Assembly: GCA_951406725.2 (NCBI GenBank)
Contig: OX597836.1
Location: 30,628,001 to 30,692,000, forward strand
Direction: 5' to 3'
Length of the DNA: 64,000 nucleotides
Source of the DNA: Octopus vulgaris
Lineage: Eukaryota
The translations under genes were made by a program, and so were the position numbers. The number at the start of each line of letters is the position of its first letter. Position 1 is the stretch's first letter. This document shows, in pieces, positions 13,750 to 26,310 of the stretch. Below the pieces are notes generated by a model. That model had not been told where the DNA came from. It saw nothing but the letters and a program-made list of their open reading frames with translations, and searched no databases.

Positions 13750-14545
13750 TACCGAGCGAAAAAAGGCGGGATGGTCATGGCTGAAATATCTTTTGATCTG
13801 TAGGTCAATACAATCAGGCCAAATCTGGCGCTAAACAAACAGGGAGGGATATGTATATATATATATATATATATATTAATTCTAGATATACTACGTCCAA
13901 AGTATTAAAACAAAAGTGACGGTCGCGACTGGAACGCCGTTGATCATTCGTCCGGCAGATCAGAGCTGACTTGAGAATAAACAAGGAAGAATATATTGGA
14001 AATAGATACAGTATGTCTAAAATTTATTTTAAAAATTTAAAGGCGGGATGGTCGCGGTTGGAATGCATTGATCACAAAACTGTTTGATCAGGCTAGATCA
14101 GGGAAGGGAGGATTAAACGAAACAACGAAGGGTATAATGGGTAACATAGTTCTTGTCATAGTATATCTGAAATAATTTTTAAGCGGGATGGTCATAACTG
14201 GAATACCTTTGATCATTGATCGGTGTGCTCGATCAGTTCCAGATATGTAACAGCACAAGGAAGAAAGAATACAATGGATAGTGTAGATGTATGACACTGC
14301 AAAATGTTTGAAATTAAATTTTTTTTTAAAGCGGGGTGGTCACGGTTAGAATGCATCTGATCGTTATATATAGGTTTGATCGATCGGGCTAGATTTAGCT
14401 GCTACTTACTTAACAAGGAAGAATATACAGTTCTTGATATGTCTAAAACCTTTTAGAAGGCCGTATAGTCGCAACTAGAACTCCTTTGATCGGTAATAGG
14501 TCTGTTCGATCAGGGTCGACTGGGGCTAAAACAACATCAACAACT
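13750..14545 (-). repeat. Degenerate tandem array (about 6 units of 110-140 bp) of old repeat family F
   Basis: Recurring AAGCGGGATGGTC.C..CTGGAAT.C..TTGATCA...TGATCAG.GCT. The same family is dispersed at 10100-12660, 16500-18220 and elsewhere. Confidence 0.7.
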
Positions 14546-14693
14546 AAAGACAGTATTTTTTTTTTTTAGATCTTTGACAACCAAATGCTGTTTGTTACTT
14601 ATTTGTCAACAACAAGCGCTGTAAGTAGGGCTGGAAAAATAAGTAGGAGGACATGTAAACAGCAAAACAGGGGGAAAATTAATAAACACTTAC

Positions 14694-14973
14694 CTGTATT
14701 ATCCAAAAGAAACGATGTCAACAAATGCGGGGCGGTATCTTCCAATCCAACACAAAATTCGTGCATAGCAGTTTCGCCTTTGTCAGACAAGATATCTAAA
14801 AATACTTCTGCACGAGTTTTACTATCTCCATGCGAACTTATTTCGTGCTCTTCGCCAGCTGTAAGAACATTTTTATGTACAAGCCTGGGTAATACTTTTA
14901 AAACATCCAAATCGTTAATAATTGTGGACTTGTGTTTTGCAATTAGACGAGAAATATAACCTTTACTCGCCAT
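14694..14973 (-). CDS. CARD (death-fold) domain coding exon, probably the first coding exon of a CARD-MAGUK scaffold (ZO-1/TJP1-like or DLG5-like); next exon lies outside the window
   Basis: ATG in AAAAATGGCG context. 93 codons MASKGYISRLIAKHKSTIINDLDVLKVLPRLVHKNVLTAGEEHEISSHGDSKTRAEVFLDILSDKGETAMHEFCVGLEDTAPHLLTSFLLDNT fit the CARD pattern (L..L....VLT..E..EI, R...LLDIL..KG, F...LE...PHLL). Consensus donor ACAG|GTAAGT, phase 1. Gene identity is from recollected family patterns only. Confidence 0.85.
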
Positions 14974-15239
14974 TTTTGATCGACTGTGGCTTAAGCTAGG
15001 GTGGGGTGCCCCGTTGAGGTTACATTCCGATAGACTTGGCCGCAAACAAAACAAACACTGAAAATAAAACACGCACACATACACACTCACAAGCAGCCAC
15101 TAAATATAATAGATACTAATATAAACTAAGCAGGCCTAACTAAAGCATAAACATAAAACCGGTTACTTTTCATTCAACAACACTACTAAATTTATATTAC
15201 AAATACTTTCGTGTACTCTTAACGTCTTACGTTCTCCAG

Positions 15240-15560
15240 CCTATGTCTTCTTCTAAGTCTATATATACCCTACTGATTTCATTTCAGAGTTTATAAGATA
15301 TATATACATATAAACTGTACACAAACGATCTTTGCTGTACCTAGTGAGAAAGCTAATAGAATATATAAAAAAAAAGGCCAGCAAGTCTGAGCAATATATA
15401 AATATAAATATGTGTAAATCCCTTCCCTCCTTCTTCAAGCAAGGGAAATTCTCTTACTTCCACATGTGCGCCCGTCTACTGAGAGCACTGACTGAAGAGC
15501 AGTAAGCATATAACACAGCCGTCTGTCTGGTACATGTGGCTTTGTTTGTGTCACGTGAAT
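15240..15560 (-). promoter_or_regulatory. Putative promoter of the CARD gene
   Basis: Unique sequence upstream of the CARD ATG: GTCACGTGA E-box (15550-15558), CACATGTG (15461-15468), kB-like GGGAAATTCT (15443-15452) and a TATA-like tract near 15260. Confidence 0.4.
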
Positions 15561-15566
15561 TCTATT

Positions 15567-16195
15567 TTGCATAATATTCACGAGCAAATATTATATTTCA
15601 CTCAATAAATACAAAAATATATTTGGAAATGTATTTATTTTTTTTCTAATGAGAATTAAAAATGAAAAATTGAAAATTAAAAGTGAGTTAGAGTGGAAAA
15701 ACAAAAACACACACACAAAAAATGAAATCAATATTTGCGTAATATTTACAAGTAAACATTATTTTTCGCTCAGTAAATACCAGAAATATATTTTTAAATG
15801 TTTATTTTATTTTATATATTTTTACCGAGAAATAACACGAAAAATTAAATTGAGTCAGAATGGTAAAAAAAAAAAAACTTGATATAATATTTGCAAGTAA
15901 ATATCATTACTTTTGTTCCCTAAATACCAATAATATATATTTTGTAATATTTTAATATATTAATTTTTAATGAAAAAAAATCAAAAGTGAAATTAAATTG
16001 AGTTTAGAATGGAAAACAAAAAGAAAATGAAAAAAAAACTTGAAATACTATTTGCGTAATATTCACAAGCAAATTATCATCTTTCTTTTAATAAATACCA
16101 GAAATATATAATTATTTTATATATATACATATTTTATTTTTAATAGAAATTTAAAAAAATAAAAATTAAATTGAGTTTAAAGTGGAAAAAGAAAA
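15567..16195. repeat. About 4 degenerate copies of a roughly 150-165 bp AT-rich unit between the two promoters
   Basis: Recurring motifs TATTTGCGTAATATT.ACAAG, TAAATACCAGAAATATAT and AAAATTAAATTGAGT..AGAATGGAAAA. Confidence 0.7.
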
Positions 16196-16214
16196 GTTGC
16201 AATGTTTATTGTAG

Positions 16215-16266
16215 GTGACAGGAAGTTGGTCGACGTGTGACGTCACGCCGGTACGGTATAGCCAAT
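16215..16266 (+). promoter_or_regulatory. LEO1 proximal promoter / 5' region with ETS and CRE motifs
   Basis: CAGGAAGT (ETS) near 16219-16226; palindromic GTGACGTCAC (CRE/ATF) at 16237-16246; local CpG enrichment in AT-rich DNA just before the ATG. Confidence 0.6.
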
Positions 16267-16306
16267 ATGGAGGAGCTATTTGGAAGTGATACCGACAGCG
16301 AAGCTC
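16267..16306 (+). CDS. LEO1: LEO1 coding exon 1 (MEELFGSDTDSEA)
   Basis: Matches the conserved LEO1 N-terminus (human MADMEDLFGSDADSEA). Donor C|GTATGT, phase 1. CpG-rich promoter motifs immediately upstream. Confidence 0.85.
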
Positions 16307-18227
16307 GTATGTTGCTTTTTTGTCTATTTATTGCTTTACTTCACGACATTTCGCTGTACCAGCATAAAACTTAATGTTGGCACATTTGAAAAAAATGTGT
16401 CGTTTGTTATTTTATTTGCTTCGTGTATGCTTGTTATCGTTTTTAAACCGTCGCAGTTGCATCCTTTTTTCTCTTATGCTTTTTATTTAATTAACAGCGA
16501 GGGAACGAACAAGCATTTTAACGCGGTTGGCAGGACCTGTTCCAAATCGCAGCCACCAAATCATATATAACCACCCTAATTATTTTAAAAGAACACGAAA
16601 AAATGCACACACATTTAGTAATGTGACCCTAGATCTAGATTACACTATAACCGAATAATAAAACAAACAGGATAGCCATAGCTAGAATCATGGTTCGATG
16701 AGCGCTAACGAGGGGCTAAACACACCAACAGTTCATTCAAATATAGTTTTTATCCTTCCTCATCGTGGGTATTTATTAGGGTTTTGTATTTCGGTGGTCT
16801 TTCATTTCCTTTCACATCTGTGAATCGCGTGGTTATTATTCCTGGAAGTAATCAAATTCTACAAAACCACATGGGGGTCTATGGCATTCTTTCGTTAGAA
16901 GCAGCATTCTAACGAAAGGATGCCGGGTCTGTTTTACATACAGCTGCTGTGATGTTCAGCTGTTATTGAATTTAACGGATCGATCTTAAATATTCCGAAA
17001 AATACTCTCGAAATAAACACTGTCTCTTTGCAACTGATAAAACTTAACCAGTGTTTGTTGTTTAGTTAGCCCTGATCGAACACATGATAAAAAGCATTTC
17101 AGCTGTAAACATGCTTTTTCTTCGTGCAAGAAGCCTCAGACCATATTCAATGTATCTTCTAAAGCTGTAAGGTTGTGATTTGAAGAAGATCTGTTATTAT
17201 TTCTTGCAGATCGAATACCTACATAGAGGCTCCGTTAGTTTCGAGTGGTGCAAAGTTCTTTTTGCTCCTCGTTTGGTGAGTTGTTTAGCATCATGTCAGC
17301 CCTGATCGTTCACGTGGACCTATGATGAAAAGTATTCTGTCTGTGACCATCATGTCTTTTAATTAGTATGTATCAGACTACATTATCCAATGTGTCCTTC
17401 CTTCTTTTTTAAAGATGGTAGGTAAAGCGACAAATTGACAGAGAAGTGTTAAAATTTCGGGTGAAATGCTTTTTGTGTTGTGAGTTTAAATGGCGCCGAG
17501 GTCAACTTCGTCTCTTTTGAGATCGATAAATAAAGTACTAAGTTAGCAGACTCTAGTTGCCAAAGGCTAGCATGAGAGCGATCCATAGTATTCAACTTGA
17601 TGAGAGTAATCGATGTCTGATTGATGGCGGTAAGATGTGATTTGAGAAGGATTTGGCTGCTTTTTCTTGCGAGTTGAGCAGGAGCGGGCGACATTTTTGG
17701 AACAATGAACCTTATGAGAAATATTGCTTGTCGTAAATGAGATCACACTAGTAAAGTCGTAATTTAACAAATTGTGTACTGAGTACACCTTGTATTATAT
17801 ATACACCAAACAGATCATCAAAAAATGATTGAGAGAAAGCATGAGTGAATGAAGGAAAGAGAATGTAAATAGTTTAGATTAACGAAGTCGGACCTAAAGA
17901 TTATATTAGAAAATCTTAGTAAAAACTTATGTTTACATATCGCTCTGTGCCTGTCGTAAATAAAAGACTAACAAGTTGCCCATGCATAAAAGAGAGGCTG
18001 CCCTCGTTTGTTCGATTAGATAATGTTCAGACCCAGGTGAGTCCAGATTGAGCAAGCCTAAGATCGTCGTGGTTCCAGCCTTGACCATACCATCCGGAGT
18101 TTGTTTTTTAATGTATTGTGTATCGAGGGCTAACATTATCCATTGCGTCTTTTTTGTAAGACAGTAAGGTATGATTTGAGAAAATTTGGCTTCTGTTTTA
18201 GCAGTTCAAGCAACTACATAAGAGTTT

Positions 18228-19650
18228 GATGATGATAATGAAATTGTTGTGTATAGTGCTCAGGTGCACTACAACTTATCAAAGGTGCTTGTATAGTACA
18301 TAGAATTATGTACAAATGTCAGGAAGTGAAGTCATAATATGCACATATATGCATGCATATGGAGGTGGGGATATCAGGTGTAGTGTAGGTGAATTTCAGG
18401 AAGCATGGAAGTTTCAAAGGATGCTATGTCTCGGCAGCTAACAACTGATGCAGGTAGTTTGTTACATACTTCAGCAACTCTGAGTGTGAAAAGAATGTTT
18501 CCGAAAGTCATGGAAGCTGTGCTGTTTTCTGACTTTGTTGGCATGCCCACATGTGTTAGGCACATGGAATTCAAAAAGGTGCTCAGAGTTGTTGTTAGCA
18601 TGAGGGTCAACAATTTTATGGGTGTTTACCAAATCAGTTGCCAGAAGTCAGAACTTCAGTGTATCTATGTCCAGGGAAGCAAGGCATTCAGAGTATGGTA
18701 GTTGCCTGATGGAGGGGATTAGCTTGGTTGTACATTTCTGAACAGTTTCCAGGAGATCAATGTTCTGAGCAAGATAGGCGTTCCAGACTGGTGGTGCAAA
18801 TTCCAAGTGTGGCCGCACCATAGCCATATACAGCCTCAAATAGATAGCTGGAGAGTGGCTGACAAAGGTCTTGCTGAGTGATGCCAAAACACCCTCGGCC
18901 TCCTTGACAGTTTTAGAGATGTGCTTTGTCCAGCACAAATCGCTACTGACAGTAATGCCCAGGTCACATTCACAAGAAGATTTCTTGATATTAGTGTTGT
19001 GTAGGGAGTATGTGGATGCTGAGTTTTTCCTCCCAAAATGCGTGGTGGTACACTTGTCTACAGCCAGCTTCAGTTGCCAGTCCTGTGATCGATTGTTGCA
19101 CTGTGTCCAGGTCCAATTGCAGGAAAGATCTATAGTATTCAGGATCTGTCCTTTTTATCCCAAGGTACAGCTTGATGCCATCTGCATATTTCAGTGCTGT
19201 GGCATTCTTTAAGTTGGCATCTATGTCATTAATGTATGCAACCAGTTATAAAGATCATCTTTCACACCTATTGCAGTGAGCTTTTCCACAAGTCTTTTGT
19301 GTGTGGTACAGAATTAAAAGCTTTAGCAAAGTCAAGGTAAATAACCTCCAGCCATGAGCTACCATCAGTGATCCAGGTGATGTCTTCAAGAAACTCGTTA
19401 AGTTGATCACAGCAGTTGGGGTTAGGAATAAATACAAATTGCGAGGGCCAGATAAGGCTGTGAGAATTCTAGAGTGTTTCTCTGACACAGGATTCCACCA
19501 GTTTGGCAATGCAGCTAGTATGACTGACTGGATGATAGTTGACAGGCAACATGCAGTCACCCTTTTTGAACAGAGGATTGACACTGGCAGTTTTCCACTG
19601 CTCTGGAGTAGCACCGTTGTTAAGACAAAATTGAAAGAAGAATGAAAGCT
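18228..19650 (-). pseudogene. CR1/L2-type LINE 3' fragment (degraded reverse transcriptase and 3' UTR)
   Basis: YLDFAKAF near 19320-19343; LYMAMVRPHLEFAPPVWN..IDLLETVQK..TKLIP; FTLRVAEVCNKLP; short (ATC)n tail near 18228; frameshifts and an internal deletion. Confidence 0.9.
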
Positions 19651-22600
19651 GGTGCAGAAATTTTAAGCTGTGATCTTTATGACATTGATTCCTGAATTAA
19701 TATCAACTATGAATTGAAACTGGTTTGTGATTTCTAGTTACCAAAGCCTATAGCTTTTGTTTCAGATAAATAAGTCAATGCCAGTTTTATGTGTGGTCTA
19801 CTTGGTCATTTACACTTTATCATGCAGTGAAATCCTGACCTTAACCCTAATTCTAATCCAGATCAGGTCACTTCAGAGTGTAGACTACAGATACACTAAA
19901 GTAGCACCAATAATTCCTTACAGGTGTAGTACAGTCTACGATTTTAATGTTAAACCCCAGGTTAACCTTGATTAAGATGACTTGTATTCAAAGGCATTTC
20001 ATCTGTGACCATCCGATATCCTTTGCAGATTCAGTGTATATAGAACCATCTATATTAGCTATTGCATCGATCCTCTGCCAAAAATGGCAGAACAAAAATT
20101 TTAAGACTTGGTTACTACTTTTATAACAGGTCAAGCAACCACATAGAGCTTTCTCATTGGATCATTGATTTTAGCACTTTTCCTACTTTTAGCTTCATAT
20201 TGATAAACTTTGTTTCCTAAGATGCTTTAATGATAAGTAGGGAAGAGTAGGTGATAACTGCAGAGATTGAAGGGCAGTGAATGGTGGATAAGGGATAGAG
20301 GTGACCAATGGTGCATGGGTGTAACAGAATAGCAGTGATGATACAATAGACATGTAAAGAATGAGAGAGAGACAGAGATGATGATAATGATGAGTGGTTG
20401 GAAGGTTGTGAGGGTATGGGTAGAGAGAGAGAGTGGCAGGCATAGTACATGGGAAGAGTGAGAGATGTATGGGGAAGTTGAGATAATTGATGACTCAGAG
20501 TAGAAGGATCAATGTAAAATGTGAGTTGGGGAGGACAGTATTAAGGATGAGATGTGAATATCTGGGCAATGGAAAAAACAAGCGGTATCAATGAAAAACT
20601 GTAGCTAAAAAGATGGAGGGTGTGTTTTGTGGGAAGGAAATTGGGGAAAAGGTCCAGTTGTACACACACACACAGTGCTTCTAGAATTTTACTGAGTTGG
20701 GTGAGCCTTCTCAAAAATCTCATTTTGCTAGTCATCTGAGTCCTTTGTCATTTCCTCTGAGAAGTTTGACATCCTGAGATCAGCCTTCACTTTATCTCAT
20801 ACCTTCTTCTACCAATCCTGCAAGCTCCATCATCATCATCATTTAGTGTCCACTTCCCATGGTAGCATGGGCTGGACGGTTCAACTGGGGTCTGGGAAGC
20901 CAGAAGGCTGCATCAGGCCCAGTCTGATCTGGCAATGTTTCTACAGCTGGATGCGCTTCCTAACGCCAACCACTCCGTGAGTGTATTGGGTGCCAGACGA
21001 GGCTGGCAAACGGCCACGATCGGACGGTGCTTTTTACGTACCACCGGCACGGAGACCAGTCGGGGCGGCGCTGGCAATGGCCACGTTCGGATTGTTCTCT
21101 TACATGCCACCGGCACTGGTATCACAGCTACAATTTCCATTGATGCTGATCGATTTCGATTGTGATCAACACTTCTTCATACAACTGTCCTCATTCATAT
21201 ACATCACATGTCCATACCAACGCAGTCTTCTTCTTGCGCACTACATCTAATTCCTCTTGTGCCTAATTTTTTCTCAGCTCATTCGTACTGTGTTTATGCA
21301 CATCAAACAACATGCTCACTTAATTTCTTTCCAGTCTTCAAGAACTATGGCTCATTACCATACATCATCATAATGGTGTTGATTAATATTGATAGCTGTG
21401 ATTTAATGAAGTAGATAACTGATCAGCTTTATTGATACACTAAACACCACTAATACATACGGTGGCTAATGTATTTCACATGGAGATAGATGCATGTGGG
21501 GAGATCAATCAATGAAACTGTTATATGGCCTCATATCTTGGCTTATAAACCCACTTTTATACATTATACAAACACGAGACAGCAAGCTGGCACAATCGTT
21601 AGCATGCCGGATGAAATGCTTAGTGGTATTTCATCTGCTGCTACGTTCTGAGTTCAAATTCCGCTGAGGTTGACTTTGCCTTTCATCTTCTCTGGGTCGA
21701 TAAATGAAGTACCAATTGAGTACTGGGGTCAGTGTAATCAATTTGCCTCTCTCTTCCCCAAAAATTTCAGGCCTTGTGTCCATAATAGAAGGGATTATAC
21801 AAGTACACTTGAGATTGCTCCTGATTCTATATTATAAAAAAAACAACATCCATGTTTTGAAGTTTTCATGTCAAGGCACAAGCATGGCTATGTTGTTAAG
21901 AAGTTTACTTCCCAATCTCATGGTGTCAGGTTCAGTCCCATTACATGGCACCTTGGGCAAATGTCTTCGACTTTAGCTTCAGGCTTACCAAAGCTTTGTG
22001 AGTGGATTTGATAAATGGTAACTGAAAGAAACCTTTTATATATATATATATGAGTCCAACCCATGCTAGCATGGAAAGCGGACGTTAAACGATGATGATG
22101 ATGATGATAGATATATATTTGTGTGTGTGTGTGTCTGTAAAAAGCACTCTTCAGTCGTTGGGTGATGTGCTGTGCTTGTGAAGACCTGTTGAACCAAGTG
22201 AAATTGTAGTTGTGGCCGATGCCAATGCCGTCTGACTGGCATGTAAAAAGCACCGTTCAAGCGTTGGGCCTCATAGAGGCAGTGACAGGTGACCAAGGCT
22301 CTTTGTAATATACCGTGCTTGTGTTGACCTGTCAAACCAAGTGAGACAGTAGCCATGGCCAGTGTCAGGTCAATGGCACCCATGCCGGTGACATATAAAA
22401 AGCACCCACTACACTTGGAGTGGTTGGCATTAGGATGGGCTTCCAGCTGTAGAAAGAAACCTTGCCAAATCAGATTGGAACTTGGTGCAAGGCCTAAACA
22501 GTTTTCTGTCAAACCATCCAACCCATGCCAGCATGGAAAGCAGATGTTAAACAATGCTGATGGTGATGATAATCTGTGTGTATGTTTGTGATCTGTCCCC

Positions 22601-25600
22601 AGTTGCTTGACAACTGGTGTTTGTCTCTTTACATCTGCATTTAGCAGTTCAGCAAAAGAGACTGCCAAAATAAGCACCTGGCTTAGTTGATTTGGTTAAC
22701 TAAAACCCTTCAAGGTGGAGCCCCAGCCTACATGTGTGCCTCCTTGTTTTGATGTTACATGATAGTTGTAAACAAGCATCACCATCATAAATGCAGTGTT
22801 GTTCATTTCTCGTCTTTTGTGAAAAGTGCCACTGGCCATAAGGAAATTTTACCATACCTGGAAACAGATGAGGGTTGCAGGCAGGAATGGCATTCAGCCA
22901 TAGGAGATCTGCATCAGCAGAATTCTGACCCATGCAGGCATGGAAAAATAGACATTAAATGATGATGAGGAGGATAATGATGCTATGTTTAGCTTTAAGC
23001 TTTCCATGATAATTTTTATATAAGCATCTTTTGTTCAGTAATTTTTTTTAAAAACCAGCTTAATTAATAATGGAGAATTAGTTATTTTTCTCAATGCCTT
23101 TAAATTATTGATTATTGAAAAGTTAATTGAAATATATGAACTATGTATTTCATTAGAGGCACGAAGTGCTTAGTGTAGAGTTTAATGGGTAACAGATATG
23201 TAGTAGTGTGAGGGGTTTAGCTGTACATTGTTCACAGGCAGAGTGTGTTTAGTTCTTGTTTAAACCCAGGTGTATATGATTCAATAGAGCTCTGATGATA
23301 AAAGGCATTCTAGCTATTGTGATCAACATTATCATCAACATTTGACATCTGTTTTCCATACTGGTATGGACTGGACAGCTTGACAGGAACTGGCAAGGCC
23401 CAGGTGCCACACCAAGTTCTGTAGTCCGTTTTGGCTTGGTTTCTATACTTGATGCCCTTCCTAATGCCAACCACTTTACAGAGTGTACTGAATGCTTTTT
23501 ACATGGCACCTTGGTTTTAGGATCTCAGTTCTGTTGTGGTGAGCAGATCTTCTCAAGTACAGCAAAGCACCACATATCTGGATCCTCTGTCATCTTCATA
23601 AGGCTCAGCGTTTTGAGATGGTCCTATGTTTTCCTAGGTCTCCCTCTTCCATAACTTCCCTCCACTTTAAGTATCACTAAAAGAATTTTTTTTCAACTGA
23701 TAAGGATTCTGTGATACAAGCTTCTTGCTTTAAAGTAATCTAAATTAAAACCTTCCATCAAAAATTTCATGTTTTTCTATGTTCCAAACACCAAACAAAG
23801 CAGTGTGTTTCAACAGAAATCGTCATCATCATCGTTTAGCGTCCGCTTTCCATGCTAGCATGGGTTGGACGATACAACCGGGTTCTGGGAAGCCAGAAGG
23901 CTGCACCAGGCTCCAGTCTGATCTGGCAGTGTTTCTACAGCTTGATGCCCTTCCTAACACCAACCACTCCGTGAGTGTAGTGGGTGCTTTTTACGTGCCA
24001 CAGGCACAGGGATCACAGCTACAATTTCCATTGATTTTGATGTACTTGACTCAATAGGTCTCCTCAAGCACATGGTCGAAACGGTGTTTCTTTACTTGCC
24101 ACCTGCACAGGAGTCAGTCCAGCGGCACTGGCAACAGGCGGGTGCAAATCATAGGATTTGGTTCAATTTCGATTTCACTTGCCTCAACGGGTCTTTGCAA
24201 GCAGAGTTTAGTGTCCAATGAAGGAAAGGTACACATATGTTTAAAAAAGGGTTCATTTTTATTCAATGCTGGTTTTTGTTGTTTTTTTTTGTTTTTCTTT
24301 TTGTCTTGGACTGTGCAAGTAAAGAGTTTAAATTTTATGTGCATTTAATTAATAGTTTGGAGCAAAGGCTTTTGGGGTTTTTTTCTTATTACTGCTACCA
24401 ATACTTTGACAAACAGTTCTTGTTGCCACTTCTACGGCAGTAATCTATGAATTCTGCAATGTCAAAAACAAAAGTTTAGACCGTTTCAAAATTTGAAGAA
24501 AAATAAATAAACAGGCCTTTCTCTGCTCCTTTAATGGAGTAGACATCCAATAGTTCCAAAGTCCCTTGGTAATAAAGGAACCAAAGAAAAACAGAATTTT
24601 AAGTAATATAACCTTCAAGAAAATGCTTTCTTTGCAGAACTCTATGAAAATATGCACATTCATAATAAACAATTTCTAAGTTGGCAAACTGTATACATAT
24701 TTAAGTGTATCTATATTGAAGGTTTTCTAAACTGTGGTATTCATCTTGAGCAAATATCTCTTATAGATGTATAGTGTTAAAAACGGAAAGATATCAGCTG
24801 CAGGTGAAGGTTGCCCTGCGTTGGTGGTAAAATTACTGGGTCTAGATTTCTGTTTATTAGCTTCATCAGTAGCAAATATCTATGCCACCTCATGCCAAGC
24901 AAACATCATCTGCTAGATGATGTAGTTAAACAATGACTGAAAGGTCACTGATGTCGTATGTTAGCAGCAGGCTGAACAGAAATTCATTATTAACAATGGA
25001 AGCAGTATTAATTCAAAATTTGCAATCTGTAGACATACTTAAAGTGTATCTATGTTGAAAGCCTTCTAAGCAAGTATTCATCTTGCACAAAGGCAACATC
25101 TCTTGAATTGCATACAAATATTAATTTGCTAGTAGAGATACCCGGCGTTGCTTGGGATTAAAATGGCATAGTTTTTTATTGTTTTGCTTGTTTCAGTCAT
25201 GTGACTGGCCATGCTGGAGCACCACCTTTAGTCAAAGAAATAATATATATACCATCATCATCATCATTTAACATCCATTTTCCATGCTAGCATGGGTTGG
25301 ATGAGTTTGACTGAGTGCTAGCGAACCAGATGGCTGCACCAGGCTCCAATCTTGATTTGGCAGAGTTTCTACAGCTTGATGCCCTTCCTAACGCCAACCA
25401 CTCCGAGAGTATAGTGGTTGCTTTTTACGGGGGCCAGTCAGGCAGTACTGGCAACGACCTCACTCGAATCTTTTTATACATGCCACCAGCACAGGTGCCA
25501 GTAAGGCAATGTTGGTAACAATCACACTCAAATGGTGCCTTTTGCGTGCCACCTGCACGGAAGCCAGTTGGCTGATCTGTCGACGATCACGCTCGTATGG

Positions 25601-26279
25601 TGCTCTTTTCACCCCACTAGTACGGATGCCAGTCATCGAATGTGATTTTGATTTTGATTTCACTTGCCTCAACAGGTCTTCGCAAGCAGAGTTTAGTGTC
25701 CAAGGAAGGAAAAGGTACACATAAGCGGGCTGGTTACGCTCCTGGCATGGGCCACAGGTTATGGTCTCATTTGGCTTGCCAGGTCCAAAAGTCTCATAAT
25801 CAATCAAGACCTCTCCACAAAAATTTCAGGCCTCATACCTGTAGAAGAAAGAATTATAGATAAGGTGAAGTAGTAGAATCTTCAACAAGTTGAACAAAAA
25901 GCTTAGCTATGTTTCTTCCAACTCTTTACATTCAAGGTCCAAATTTCACCAAAGGTTGACATTACTTTTCATCCTTTCAGAGTCGATAAATTAAGTACCG
26001 GATGAGCTCTGAGATTGATGTAATCAACTAGCCCTTTCCCGCAAAAATATTTCAGACCTTGTGCCGTGACTAAAAAGAATTATTATTGATAAGGTTGTAG
26101 ATTGGTAGGATTGTTAGAGCATCTGGAAAAATGCCTCAAAGCATTTGTTCCAGCTCTTTACATTCTGAGTTCAAATCCTACCAAGGCCAACTTTATTTAT
26201 CATCCCTTTGGAAATGGTTAAAGTGTATTGCCAATCAAGTACTAGGGAGGTTCATATACTCAACTGTTCACCTCCACTA

Positions 26280-26310
<31 letters not shown>

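Noticed and set aside
16280-16570. 96-aa ORF near the LEO1 start
   Set aside because: Out of frame with the conserved MEELFGSD exon and reads through intron sequence.
22066-22677. 203-aa ORF and the many LQLDALPNANH-type ORFs elsewhere
   Set aside because: Chance translations of SINE family C.
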